Below are positions 45,956 to 54,163 of a stretch of 64,000 bases of DNA, piece after piece. The position numbers and the translations under genes were made by a program. This DNA is from Candidatus Latescibacterota bacterium (GTDB lineage: Bacteria; Latescibacterota; UBA2968), in NCBI GenBank assembly GCA_965222605.1, contig OZ244960.1, positions 4,480,001 to 4,544,000 of the forward strand, written 5' to 3'. The notes under the pieces are model-generated. The model ran no database searches. It had not been told where the DNA came from and was given only the letters and a program-made list of their open reading frames with translations. How positions within the stretch are numbered: position 1 is the first letter of the stretch; each line of letters opens with the position of its first letter.

Positions 45956-47419
45956 CTATCTTGGGTCTTCGGGCAATTGTGAGAAGTCAAACTCGTTTAC
46001 AGTATTGATGTCTGGCGCGAATGGAGGGATAGCGTGGGGGATATGGCTGTGCCCACAGCGTGCTATGAGCGCTCGGGCGCGCGCTTGCCGTTCGGCTTGT
46101 TTCAAAATATCATCGGCAGACCAGCGTGCAAAATTTTTTTCGAGGCCCGATTGGATCACGTCTTGATATCGGGGGTTATCGCTCAGGTCACGGCGTTCTT
46201 CGGGGTCTTCTTCGATGTTGAACAATTGGCAGGAGTCATGTTCAGAATAATAGTTCAATTTCCACGGACCCGTGCGGATCATGCACGCGGGTTGGTCGCC
46301 GAGCAAGCCGATGTATTCTGCAAAGACTTCATTGGGCCAGTCCGGTGGCGGGGAACCTGTGAGGAATGGGGCGAAGCTTTTGCCCGAGACATCGGGCATG
46401 GGGTCTGAACCCGCAATATCCAGAGCCGTGGGGCCGACGTCGATGAGGCTGACGATGGCATCTTCTGTGCGGTTTTCGTGAAGATGGCCCGGCCATGAGC
46501 AGATTAAGGGAATGCCGACAGAGCCTTCGTAAAAACTGCTTTTCCACCACATGCCGTGTTCATGGGCCATATCGCCGTGGTCTGAGGTGTAGATGATGAC
46601 GGTATTATCCGCATCGGAAGTAGATTGTACGGTGTCACTGATCTGACCGATGTACCGGTCGAGTTCGGTGGTCAAGCCGTAATAAGCGGCTAATCCGCGG
46701 CGGTTCTGTTCCGGGGTGATGTCGTCAACGCCGCGTCGCTCGCGCCATTTTTTCATGGCTGGATGCAGGGCGTTTAGGTATTCGGGAGATTCGGGTTCGA
46801 GGGGTGGTATCTGCGCCATGTAATACTCGAAGTCTTCTCTGTCGCAGATCAGGGGATTGTGCGGGTTCATGTAACCGACGACGAGGGCATAAGGTCTGTC
46901 GTTGTTTTGCCGATCGGCGATGAATTTGCAGGCTGTTTCGGTGACGGATTTGTCAAAGTGGCGATAGCCGGTTTCGCCATGACCAGATACTTGAACGCCG
47001 TATTTGGTTTGTCCTGTTGTGCGATTGTATCCCGCGCCGAGAATTTCTGCGGATAGCCCACCGCAGTCGGCGTGGATGCGTTTTTCAAAGCCGTGGAATT
47101 GGTCGGGGTTTCTAAAGTGCATGCGACCACATAGCACGGCTTCGTATCCCGCCGCGCCAAATGCATGGGCAAATGTGGGGGTGTCAAAAGACAGGCTGCC
47201 ACTGTTGTCATAAACACCCACGTCGCTGGGGTACTGTGCAGACATAAAGCCCGAGCGCGAAGGCGCGCAGAGGGGATAGGGGCAATACGCATTGCGAAAC
47301 CGGGTTCCGCGACGCGCAAGCGTATCTAAATTTGGCGTTTGCACAATGGGATTTTCCGCACATCCCATTACATGGGGGTTGTGCTGATCGGAGATGATGA
47401 TGATAATGTTAGGAGTCAT
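45956..47419 (-). CDS. Cys-type sulfatase (choline-sulfatase-like)
   Basis: PNIIIIISDQH, CAPSRSGFMS, GRMHF and YTSDHGD..KSSFYE. Confidence 0.9.
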   Translation of the reverse strand: MTPNIIIIISDQHNPHVMGCAENPIVQTPNLDTLARRGTRFRNAYCPYPLCAPSRSGFMSAQYPSDVGVYDNSGSLSFDTPTFAHAFGAAGYEAVLCGRMHFRNPDQFHGFEKRIHADCGGLSAEILGAGYNRTTGQTKYGVQVSGHGETGYRHFDKSVTETACKFIADRQNNDRPYALVVGYMNPHNPLICDREDFEYYMAQIPPLEPESPEYLNALHPAMKKWRERRGVDDITPEQNRRGLAAYYGLTTELDRYIGQISDTVQSTSDADNTVIIYTSDHGDMAHEHGMWWKSSFYEGSVGIPLICSWPGHLHENRTEDAIVSLIDVGPTALDIAGSDPMPDVSGKSFAPFLTGSPPPDWPNEVFAEYIGLLGDQPACMIRTGPWKLNYYSEHDSCQLFNIEEDPEERRDLSDNPRYQDVIQSGLEKNFARWSADDILKQAERQARARALIARCGHSHIPHAIPPFAPDINTVNEFDFSQLPEDPR

Positions 47420-47450
47420 AGGTAGAAGTGAGAAGTCTGAAACAACTGGA

Positions 47451-48158
47451 TTATTTTCCGTCATTTCCGTTATACAGTCCCTCTCCGCGTACGAGAAGGC
47501 GTTTGGGGTTGGGGATGTCCATGAGTTCGTCAACGCTGTGATAGCCAACTGTCATGCTCATGCGCGTGTCTTCTGTGTGGTTTTCGCCTGCGCCGTGGAC
47601 GACCATGCTGTCGATTGCGAGCATTCCGCCTGCGGGCATGGGTACGGGGAGTGCCTGGCCCAGAATATCGCTTGCCCAGTCTGCATCGTGAATAGATGTG
47701 GAGACGCCGGGGAAGTGATGCGACCCGGGTACAATGCGGGTACATCCATTTTCAAGGGTGGTTTCTTCGAGGTAAAAGATGATGGTGTAGATGTTGCGCG
47801 TCCACTGCCTGACATCGCGGTGGAGATACGCGCCTTTGTTGTCATTCGCCGTGCGTAAGGTGGCGTGGTTGTGGCGGTTGGTGAGGATTTCGATATTGGG
47901 TCCCAAGAGCGATTCGAGCGGGTCGAGTGTGAATGGATGTGTGACTGCTTCTCGGAAGATCGGCGCGCGATCCATGAGGGCAGAGATACGCACGGCGCGG
48001 CCATCTTTATTGCGTACGATGGGTTCGATTTTGTGGTCAATATCGTCCATGATCGCCGCTTTCAGATTTTCAACCATTTCTTCTGGCAGGGGGTCTGGAA
48101 GGCAGAGAAAACCGTTGTTTCGAAAGAGCTGGATTTGTCGCAAGGTGAGTGAGGGCAT
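47451..48158 (-). CDS. Phytanoyl-CoA dioxygenase (PhyH) family Fe(II)/2OG enzyme, HxD type
   Basis: LHRD, ENGCTRIVPGSH, VHGAGEN and RMSM. Confidence 0.88.
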   Translation of the reverse strand: MPSLTLRQIQLFRNNGFLCLPDPLPEEMVENLKAAIMDDIDHKIEPIVRNKDGRAVRISALMDRAPIFREAVTHPFTLDPLESLLGPNIEILTNRHNHATLRTANDNKGAYLHRDVRQWTRNIYTIIFYLEETTLENGCTRIVPGSHHFPGVSTSIHDADWASDILGQALPVPMPAGGMLAIDSMVVHGAGENHTEDTRMSMTVGYHSVDELMDIPNPKRLLVRGEGLYNGNDGK

Positions 48159-48161
48159 GTC

Positions 48162-48911
48162 CTACTCCTGAATGGGAAGCGCATAGGGATGTGGGTGTCC
48201 TGTATAGACTTTTTCGCCGCGCACGAGAATTTTTTCCGGGTCGTCTTTGATCACATCGTGGGCGTCGTGGGCGCGATAGGCAACCGTCATGCTGCGGCGG
48301 GAATGATCAGAACCATTTGTGTCCGACCCGTGATAACAGCAATCGTTAAAGAGCAGTACCCCGCCGCGCGGCATGGGGATGGGCACTGCGCGGTAATAGT
48401 TGTCGCTGTTGTAAAAATTGTCTCTTTGTTTCTGTGGTCGGCGCGGGTTGAGGAACGGACGGTTGTGGCTGCCGGGCACAATGCGTATACAGCCATTTTC
48501 AATGGTTGATTCTTCGAGGTATATCAAGCCGGTGATCAGCGTGTGGTCATAGGGTTCTTCACCGGCGTGCCAGGGCACGGGATAAGACCCGGATGGGCGC
48601 ACCATGACGTGGTTGTGTTTGTTGGTGAGTACTTCGACGTTTGGACCGATGATGCCTTCGAGGGCATCGAGGATGATGGGGTGAGACACAGCTTCGAAAT
48701 AGACGGAGTCTCTTAAGAAAATTTTTGAAAGGCGGCGAACATTTTCTGGCTTTCGCGCCCCTTTTTCTTCCCAAACAATGGGTTCGCGCATGCCTGAAAT
48801 CTGCCGGGAGGTGACTTCATTTAATTGATCGACCAGGTCGCCAGGCAGGGTCTCGCGGACTTTGTAGAATCCGGTGGTTTTGAAATACCAGAGGTCTTCT
48901 TCTGTGATCAT
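48162..48911 (-). CDS. PhyH family Fe(II)/2OG enzyme with HxG motif (candidate halogenase)
   Basis: WHAG, ENGCIRIVPGSH, YHGSDTN and RRSM. Confidence 0.8.
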   Translation of the reverse strand: MITEEDLWYFKTTGFYKVRETLPGDLVDQLNEVTSRQISGMREPIVWEEKGARKPENVRRLSKIFLRDSVYFEAVSHPIILDALEGIIGPNVEVLTNKHNHVMVRPSGSYPVPWHAGEEPYDHTLITGLIYLEESTIENGCIRIVPGSHNRPFLNPRRPQKQRDNFYNSDNYYRAVPIPMPRGGVLLFNDCCYHGSDTNGSDHSRRSMTVAYRAHDAHDVIKDDPEKILVRGEKVYTGHPHPYALPIQE

Positions 48912-48944
48912 GTTTGAGTTATCCTTTTGAGTGAGATTCTCCTA

Positions 48945-50303
48945 TTATCTCGGGTCCATTACCCGCCCGACAAATAGGGTGGTGTTGGTCGCTATGTCTC
49001 GAATGAGGAAGATAAATGGCCGATCGATCGCGACCACAATCGGCGGTGGGGGAACGGATTTTACGCCTACGACCACGGCGGTGGCTGCTGCGGCTTCTGT
49101 ACCTTTCTCATTTACGAGGACGAATGCCTTGTGAAAGGCATCCGAAATGGAGAGGTCTTTTCTTCCATCCATGCCCGAGAAGTCCGCTAATTGCTGATTG
49201 AAGGCATCTGATATTCCCATCTTTTTGAGGGTTGCGCCCAGCTTGAATTGCGCTTCAAACTCGAATGAAGGCATGGTGAGTTCTACTTGCTCGCGATTCA
49301 GGTCTTCCGAAATTTGACTGACGAGTTCGGCGTTTAGCGAATTTTCGAACGGATTAAAATTACCCTTGTCGGGAAGCAGGATGAGCATGGATATTTCACT
49401 GCCGTCGTAGAGCAACTCAACGGCCTGATATCCCGTGCCACTCGCATAGCCAAATAATTCGGTCTGTCGCATCATCGGTACTTTTACGCTGTTGCCGTTT
49501 AGCAAGTGGAAGTCGCCTTCAGCAGTGGCTTTTTCGTCGAAAGTGTAGAGCCACGCCGCGTTGAAGTAGATGGCATTGGTGAGGACTAATCGGGTCAAGT
49601 TGTCGATGGCACCGGAAGGAATCAGGTCTTTGATCTTGTCTTCCGTCTGATGGGCGACCCAGTCATTGATCGCGACTCGCGAGTCTTCTGGCGCCTCCGT
49701 GAAATTTGCTATTTTCATTCCAGCGCCGTAATTCTCAGCCAGTTTGTCCAGGAAGTCCTGCAGGAAGTCAAAGCCCTGCTGCCCCCAGATCGCATTGGCG
49801 ATGTTCAATCGAAACCCCTTACCCTCTGTGCCGCTACTCCCTTCGCCGCGAGAGGCGAGTTGGAGATCGAGGGCGTTGAACGCGGGATGCAACTTGTCCT
49901 GGGACAGGGTGAAGTGTAGTGTGTTCGATATCTGGCGTTCGGTTTCGCCTCTGGCACCGGCATGTGTCATGGCAAGTGCCAGCGAGATGCTGTAGGGCGA
50001 ATAGAAGAGGTTCCCACTTTCTTCCTCGCGCAGTTTCTGATACAGGTCGAAGGCGAAGGCGTTGTTTCCACGGACCAGGTCTGTTAGTTCTGAATCTGTC
50101 GCCAGAGGTACGGTCACCCGCGTCTTTTCTGAGCGCACTTCTTCTGTCTCAGACGGTGTCTCGGTTGGCGGTGATGCCGTGGGCGAGGAGGTCTCCGGTA
50201 ATTTACCGCATCCGAGTAGTGCTGCTGATAGTATTACAGCGGGTAGCAAACGGTTGGCGAAGATGGGAACTACCATTTTATATGGCTTTTGTGTCGTGTC
50301 CAT
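48945..50303 (-). CDS. Serpin (serine protease inhibitor), predicted lipoprotein
   Basis: NNAFAFDLY, NLFYSPYSI, LTNAIYF, hinge EKGTEAAAAT and DRPFIFLI..LFVGRV. Lipobox LLGC; RBS AAGGAGG. Confidence 0.95.
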   Translation of the reverse strand: MDTTQKPYKMVVPIFANRLLPAVILSAALLGCGKLPETSSPTASPPTETPSETEEVRSEKTRVTVPLATDSELTDLVRGNNAFAFDLYQKLREEESGNLFYSPYSISLALAMTHAGARGETERQISNTLHFTLSQDKLHPAFNALDLQLASRGEGSSGTEGKGFRLNIANAIWGQQGFDFLQDFLDKLAENYGAGMKIANFTEAPEDSRVAINDWVAHQTEDKIKDLIPSGAIDNLTRLVLTNAIYFNAAWLYTFDEKATAEGDFHLLNGNSVKVPMMRQTELFGYASGTGYQAVELLYDGSEISMLILLPDKGNFNPFENSLNAELVSQISEDLNREQVELTMPSFEFEAQFKLGATLKKMGISDAFNQQLADFSGMDGRKDLSISDAFHKAFVLVNEKGTEAAAATAVVVGVKSVPPPPIVVAIDRPFIFLIRDIATNTTLFVGRVMDPR

Positions 50304-50382
50304 CCCAACCTCCTTGGCTACTGTTTTGATGTAGATGTATAGGTACAGAAAAATTATCCTAAATTATAGTGTAAATCAAGGT

Positions 50383-50511
50383 TTATTGTTCGCGGTGGGG
50401 TTGCACGCACAGGATGTTCCCCGACAGCCGCACTTCAAGCGCGATGATTCGAGGTGTCACATTTTTTCCAATCTGGATGCTCTCGTTTTTTCTATGAGTA
50501 AGGAAAAAAAT
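50383..50511 (-). pseudogene. Probable decayed csrA (carbon storage regulator) remnant
   Basis: IFFLTHRKNESIQIGKNVTPRIIALEVRL...HREQ* resembles CsrA MLxLTRxxxESIxIGxxVxVxI...VRLG...HREE. There is no start codon at the expected position. Confidence 0.45.
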
Positions 50512-50575
50512 GTAGTATATTGAAGTTAGTTGGAGTTCTTTGTTTTTTGCTTGCTTTTTGTGAAAGGATGTCTGT

Positions 50576-52411
50576 ATGCCCAATGCGCTCCTGGTATATC
50601 CAAAAAATCCAGTGACGTTCTGGAGTTTTGATGAAGCTTTAAAGTTGGTCGGAAAGAAATCGGCTTTTCCGCCTTTGGGGTTGTTGACAATCGCCGGTAT
50701 GATGCCCGATAACTACAGTTTGCGCGTGGTGGATGTAAATGTACATCCATTGACAGATGAAGATCTGGGTTGGGCAGATATTGTGATTACATCGTCGATG
50801 ATTATTCACTGGCATTCTCTCGAAGAGATTATTGCTCAGTGCAATGTCGCAGGTGTGCCCGTGCTCAATGGCGGCCCGCTGCCCACGCAGTATTGCGAAG
50901 ATATTGAGGGAGATGCGATCTTTTATTTGGGCGAGGCCGAAAATGGCTTTATGGATGTGGTCGAGCGATTGGTATCCGAGCCTTACCGTGGGGGGCGAGA
51001 GTATATTGATCGACGAGGTGATTTTCAAAGCCTCACAACAACACCGCTTCCTCGATGGGATCTGGTCAGTTTTGACGATTATACCGTGATGGTGATTCAG
51101 ATTACGCGAGGTTGTCCAGAAAGTTGTACATTTTGCAATATCCCCGCGCTTTACGGCAAGATAACGCGTTTAAAAAATAGCAGCCTCGTGATTCAGGAAT
51201 TGGACGCGCTTTACGATAGAGGCTGGCGCGGTTCGGTTATGGCAGTTGATGATAATATTGTTGGCAACCGCGACGAGATTCGACAAATACTGGAAGAAGA
51301 GGTGGTGCCCTGGCAAAGAGAGCGCGGGTATCCTTTCCAATTATTTACGCAGGCCAGTATTCGCGTAAGTGATGATCTCGCGTTGTTAGAGGCGATGTAC
51401 CTCGCTGGATTTGATAAGATTTTTGCGGGGATTGAATCGCCAGTGGAAGAAAGCCTGAAGTTTATGGGCGCGCAAAAGAATTTGCAGGGCGATACGCCTT
51501 TGCTGGACAAAGTGAAGATTCTGCAAGAATATGGCATGGAAGTTCAGGCCGGTTTTATTATGGGCCTGGATACAGATCCAGATGATATTGCCGATCGCAT
51601 GATTGCGTTTATCAGAGAAGCGGGTATTCCGGTGGCTATGGTGGGGATTTTGGGCGTGCTGCGCGACACGCCCGACTTCAAGCGCTACAAGCGGTTGGGT
51701 CGCCTGCGTGAAGACGTAAAATATACGGGTGATTCGGGTATTTTCAGCCGGGAGTTGAGTTATGTGCCTATCATTGATCCCGACGAACTGCTGGCGCGCC
51801 ATCGCAAGGTTCTCGAAACGCTGAACAGTCCAGAGATTTTCTTTGAACGCTGCCGCACGCATTATGCACATCGCACGCGCAGACCGCTTCCATCAATGCC
51901 AATTGGTTGGACAGAACTCAGGGCGGGATTACGCTCTTTTTGGCATCAAGGTGTGGTCGGGACTTATCGGTGGACGTTCTGGAAATTTATGGCCCATATG
52001 CTCGTTCACCATCCCCGCGAGTTTGGCGATAGCATACGCATGTCCATTCATGGCCGTCACTTGATTCTCACCACGCGCGACGCCCTGCAGGTCGATGAGG
52101 TGAAAACCTTTTTCGATGAAGCGCTGGATCATCTGAAGCGATTTAGCGAGGGATATAAAGAAGTGAGTGTCAGTGATTACGCGAGCAAGTTGATGCACGC
52201 CTTGCACGGGCGGGTTGATCATTTTCAGGACGATTATCGCACTTTGCAACACAATGCCGAGGTGATGTTGAAGGCGGCTCAGGAATACTGCGGATTGATC
52301 CGCGAAGAATTTCGCCACCAGGTTGCAGAACCTCTTGAGCGTTTTCAACAAGAGATCGAAGCAATCCTCGATTCATATCCCACCCAAAGCGATTTGCAAC
52401 CTGTGCGGTGA
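50576..52411 (+). CDS. B12-binding radical SAM protein with DUF4070-like domain and helical C-terminal extension
   Basis: FPPLGLLT, GGP, GEAE, RGCPESCTFC, DDNIVG, GIESP and GFIMGLD. Confidence 0.88.
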   Translation: MPNALLVYPKNPVTFWSFDEALKLVGKKSAFPPLGLLTIAGMMPDNYSLRVVDVNVHPLTDEDLGWADIVITSSMIIHWHSLEEIIAQCNVAGVPVLNGGPLPTQYCEDIEGDAIFYLGEAENGFMDVVERLVSEPYRGGREYIDRRGDFQSLTTTPLPRWDLVSFDDYTVMVIQITRGCPESCTFCNIPALYGKITRLKNSSLVIQELDALYDRGWRGSVMAVDDNIVGNRDEIRQILEEEVVPWQRERGYPFQLFTQASIRVSDDLALLEAMYLAGFDKIFAGIESPVEESLKFMGAQKNLQGDTPLLDKVKILQEYGMEVQAGFIMGLDTDPDDIADRMIAFIREAGIPVAMVGILGVLRDTPDFKRYKRLGRLREDVKYTGDSGIFSRELSYVPIIDPDELLARHRKVLETLNSPEIFFERCRTHYAHRTRRPLPSMPIGWTELRAGLRSFWHQGVVGTYRWTFWKFMAHMLVHHPREFGDSIRMSIHGRHLILTTRDALQVDEVKTFFDEALDHLKRFSEGYKEVSVSDYASKLMHALHGRVDHFQDDYRTLQHNAEVMLKAAQEYCGLIREEFRHQVAEPLERFQQEIEAILDSYPTQSDLQPVR

Positions 52412-52431
52412 GACGCACTGCGATAGAAAAC

Positions 52432-52468
52432 AAAAAGCCCGATATCATCAAAGATACCGGGCTTTTTT
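52432..52468. terminator. Bidirectional intrinsic terminator
   Basis: AAAAA-GCCCGATATC...GATACCGGGC-TTTTTT between convergent genes. A second hairpin lies at 52490-52510. Confidence 0.7.
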
Positions 52469-52518
52469 CATGAGGTCATAGACCGCGAAGCCGGGGACAC
52501 TGTCCTCGGCCTTTTATT

Positions 52519-52845
52519 TTATGCGAGTACGGCTTTAAGCTTGTCTTCTATCGCGCTTTTGGGGACAGCACCGATAAGCTGATCTGCCTGTTTGCCGTCC
52601 TTAAAGATGAGCAATGTGGGGATGCTGCGAATGCCAAATCCCTGTGCTGTCTGCTGTGCGTGATCCACATCGACTTTGCAGATTTTAACACGACCGTCGT
52701 ATTCACGAGCGAGTTCTTCAATGCTGGGGGCAATCATGCGACATGGACCGCACCATGTTGCCCAGAAATCCACAAGTACCGGAAGATCGGAATCCACAAC
52801 TTCCGTTTGGAAATTTTCATCTGTAATATTCAATGGGCTTCCCAC
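52519..52845 (-). CDS. trxA: Thioredoxin
   Basis: VLVDFWATWCGPCRMIAP and IRSIPTL. Confidence 0.97.
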   Translation of the reverse strand: MGSPLNITDENFQTEVVDSDLPVLVDFWATWCGPCRMIAPSIEELAREYDGRVKICKVDVDHAQQTAQGFGIRSIPTLLIFKDGKQADQLIGAVPKSAIEDKLKAVLA

Positions 52846-52915
52846 TTTGAGACTCCTTTTAGATTGGGTTTGTTCTGATGAGAATGTGCTAAACTACCAG
52901 ATTTTTATGGGGTTG

Positions 52916-53941
52916 TCAAGGGGATGCGCGGCAAATTCGGTATGCCAGGTGAGCGAGAATTTCGAGCGGTGTCCCGCCGCTGGACTTGAGGCGGTTGTCT
53001 GCATCGAGAAGGGCATCATGGGCATTCCAGAGTGCTCGTTCGTCAAATAAACGGGCTTGATCGAGGTAGTTATTTACAAAAAAAGCGGGCACTTTGAGAC
53101 GCGAAGCCAGTGCATTTCTGGACAGGCGCTGGCCCGATATCCATCGCGCGCGCTGCAGAATCCCAAAGTGACGGATGAGTAGTGCGATCGTGCCGGCAGG
53201 GTGTTCTCCCTGTTCGCGGAGCCGTCCAATGAGGATTTGCGCCTTGTCCAACTGGCGGTGTCCGAGTGCGTCGGCGAGTTCAAAAACCGTGACTCCCCGT
53301 GTGTTGTCGATTACCTGAGCGACTTCCTCGCGCGAGATTGGATTGGATTGGGTAGCGATAAAGAGTTTTTCGATTTCGCCGTTCAATTCGCGCAGATTTG
53401 CTCCAATGCTCATGTGAAGCAGGTGAGCCGCATCGGGCGCGATTTGTCTGCCCAGAGTTTTGACACGTGTCTGGATCCAGGCCGGGATTTCGTTGTCGTA
53501 GGGCGGGCGAAATTCGATTGCAATCGCGCGTTTTCGAAGTTCGGCAAATAGTTTTTTGCGACCATCTGGTTTGGTGGCTGTGATGATCAAGGTCGTTGTT
53601 TCGGGTGGGGATTCAATGAGGGGCAGGAGTTCGGGGGCGGCTGCATCGGGTAAGCGGTCGGCGTTTTTGAGGACAATCAGGCGGCGTTGCGTCATCATTG
53701 GAAAGGTGAGTGCTTGTAAAATGACCTGCGAAATATCGATGTCTTCGGCGCGATAGATGTCGAGGTTGAAGGCGCGCGCTGTGGGTTCAATGAGGGTTTC
53801 AACGAGGGCGTTTAAAAGCTGATCGCGTTGGAAGTCTTCCTCCCCGTGGAAGTAGTAGAGGGATGAGATTTCGCCTTTTTTGACGGCATCGAGAACCTGA
53901 GTTGGCGATGGGCCAGTTTTGCGAGGGCGTCGGGTAGCCAT
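52916..53941 (-). CDS. holA: DNA polymerase III subunit delta
   Basis: YYFHGEE, FPMMTQRRLIVL, EIEKL, VFELADAL and ADNRLKS. Confidence 0.88.
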   Translation of the reverse strand: MATRRPRKTGPSPTQVLDAVKKGEISSLYYFHGEEDFQRDQLLNALVETLIEPTARAFNLDIYRAEDIDISQVILQALTFPMMTQRRLIVLKNADRLPDAAAPELLPLIESPPETTTLIITATKPDGRKKLFAELRKRAIAIEFRPPYDNEIPAWIQTRVKTLGRQIAPDAAHLLHMSIGANLRELNGEIEKLFIATQSNPISREEVAQVIDNTRGVTVFELADALGHRQLDKAQILIGRLREQGEHPAGTIALLIRHFGILQRARWISGQRLSRNALASRLKVPAFFVNNYLDQARLFDERALWNAHDALLDADNRLKSSGGTPLEILAHLAYRICRASP

Positions 53942-53965
53942 CTGTGTTATCCGAGGAGTCTGAGT

Positions 53966-54139
53966 CTAAAGGTCTTTGAAGTCCGCGTCTTGAATTTGTG
54001 AATCGTCAATGTCGCGCAGAGGTTTTTTCTTTGATGATGTACGCGTGGTTGGGCGCATTAGTATGGCGCGAAACAGACGACCGACAAAGCGAAAAAATAG
54101 GACCAGGATAAGGGCAATGAGAAATAGACGAAGCAACAT
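53966..54139 (-). CDS. Small membrane protein (57 aa, below the ORF-track cutoff)
   Basis: RBS AAGGA. MLLRLFLIALILVLFFRFVGRLFRAIL...IQDADFKDL*; fills the gap between the RND gene and holA. Confidence 0.65.
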   Translation of the reverse strand: MLLRLFLIALILVLFFRFVGRLFRAILMRPTTRTSSKKKPLRDIDDSQIQDADFKDL

Positions 54140-54163
54140 GGATTTTTCCTTAGCCTTAATGGC

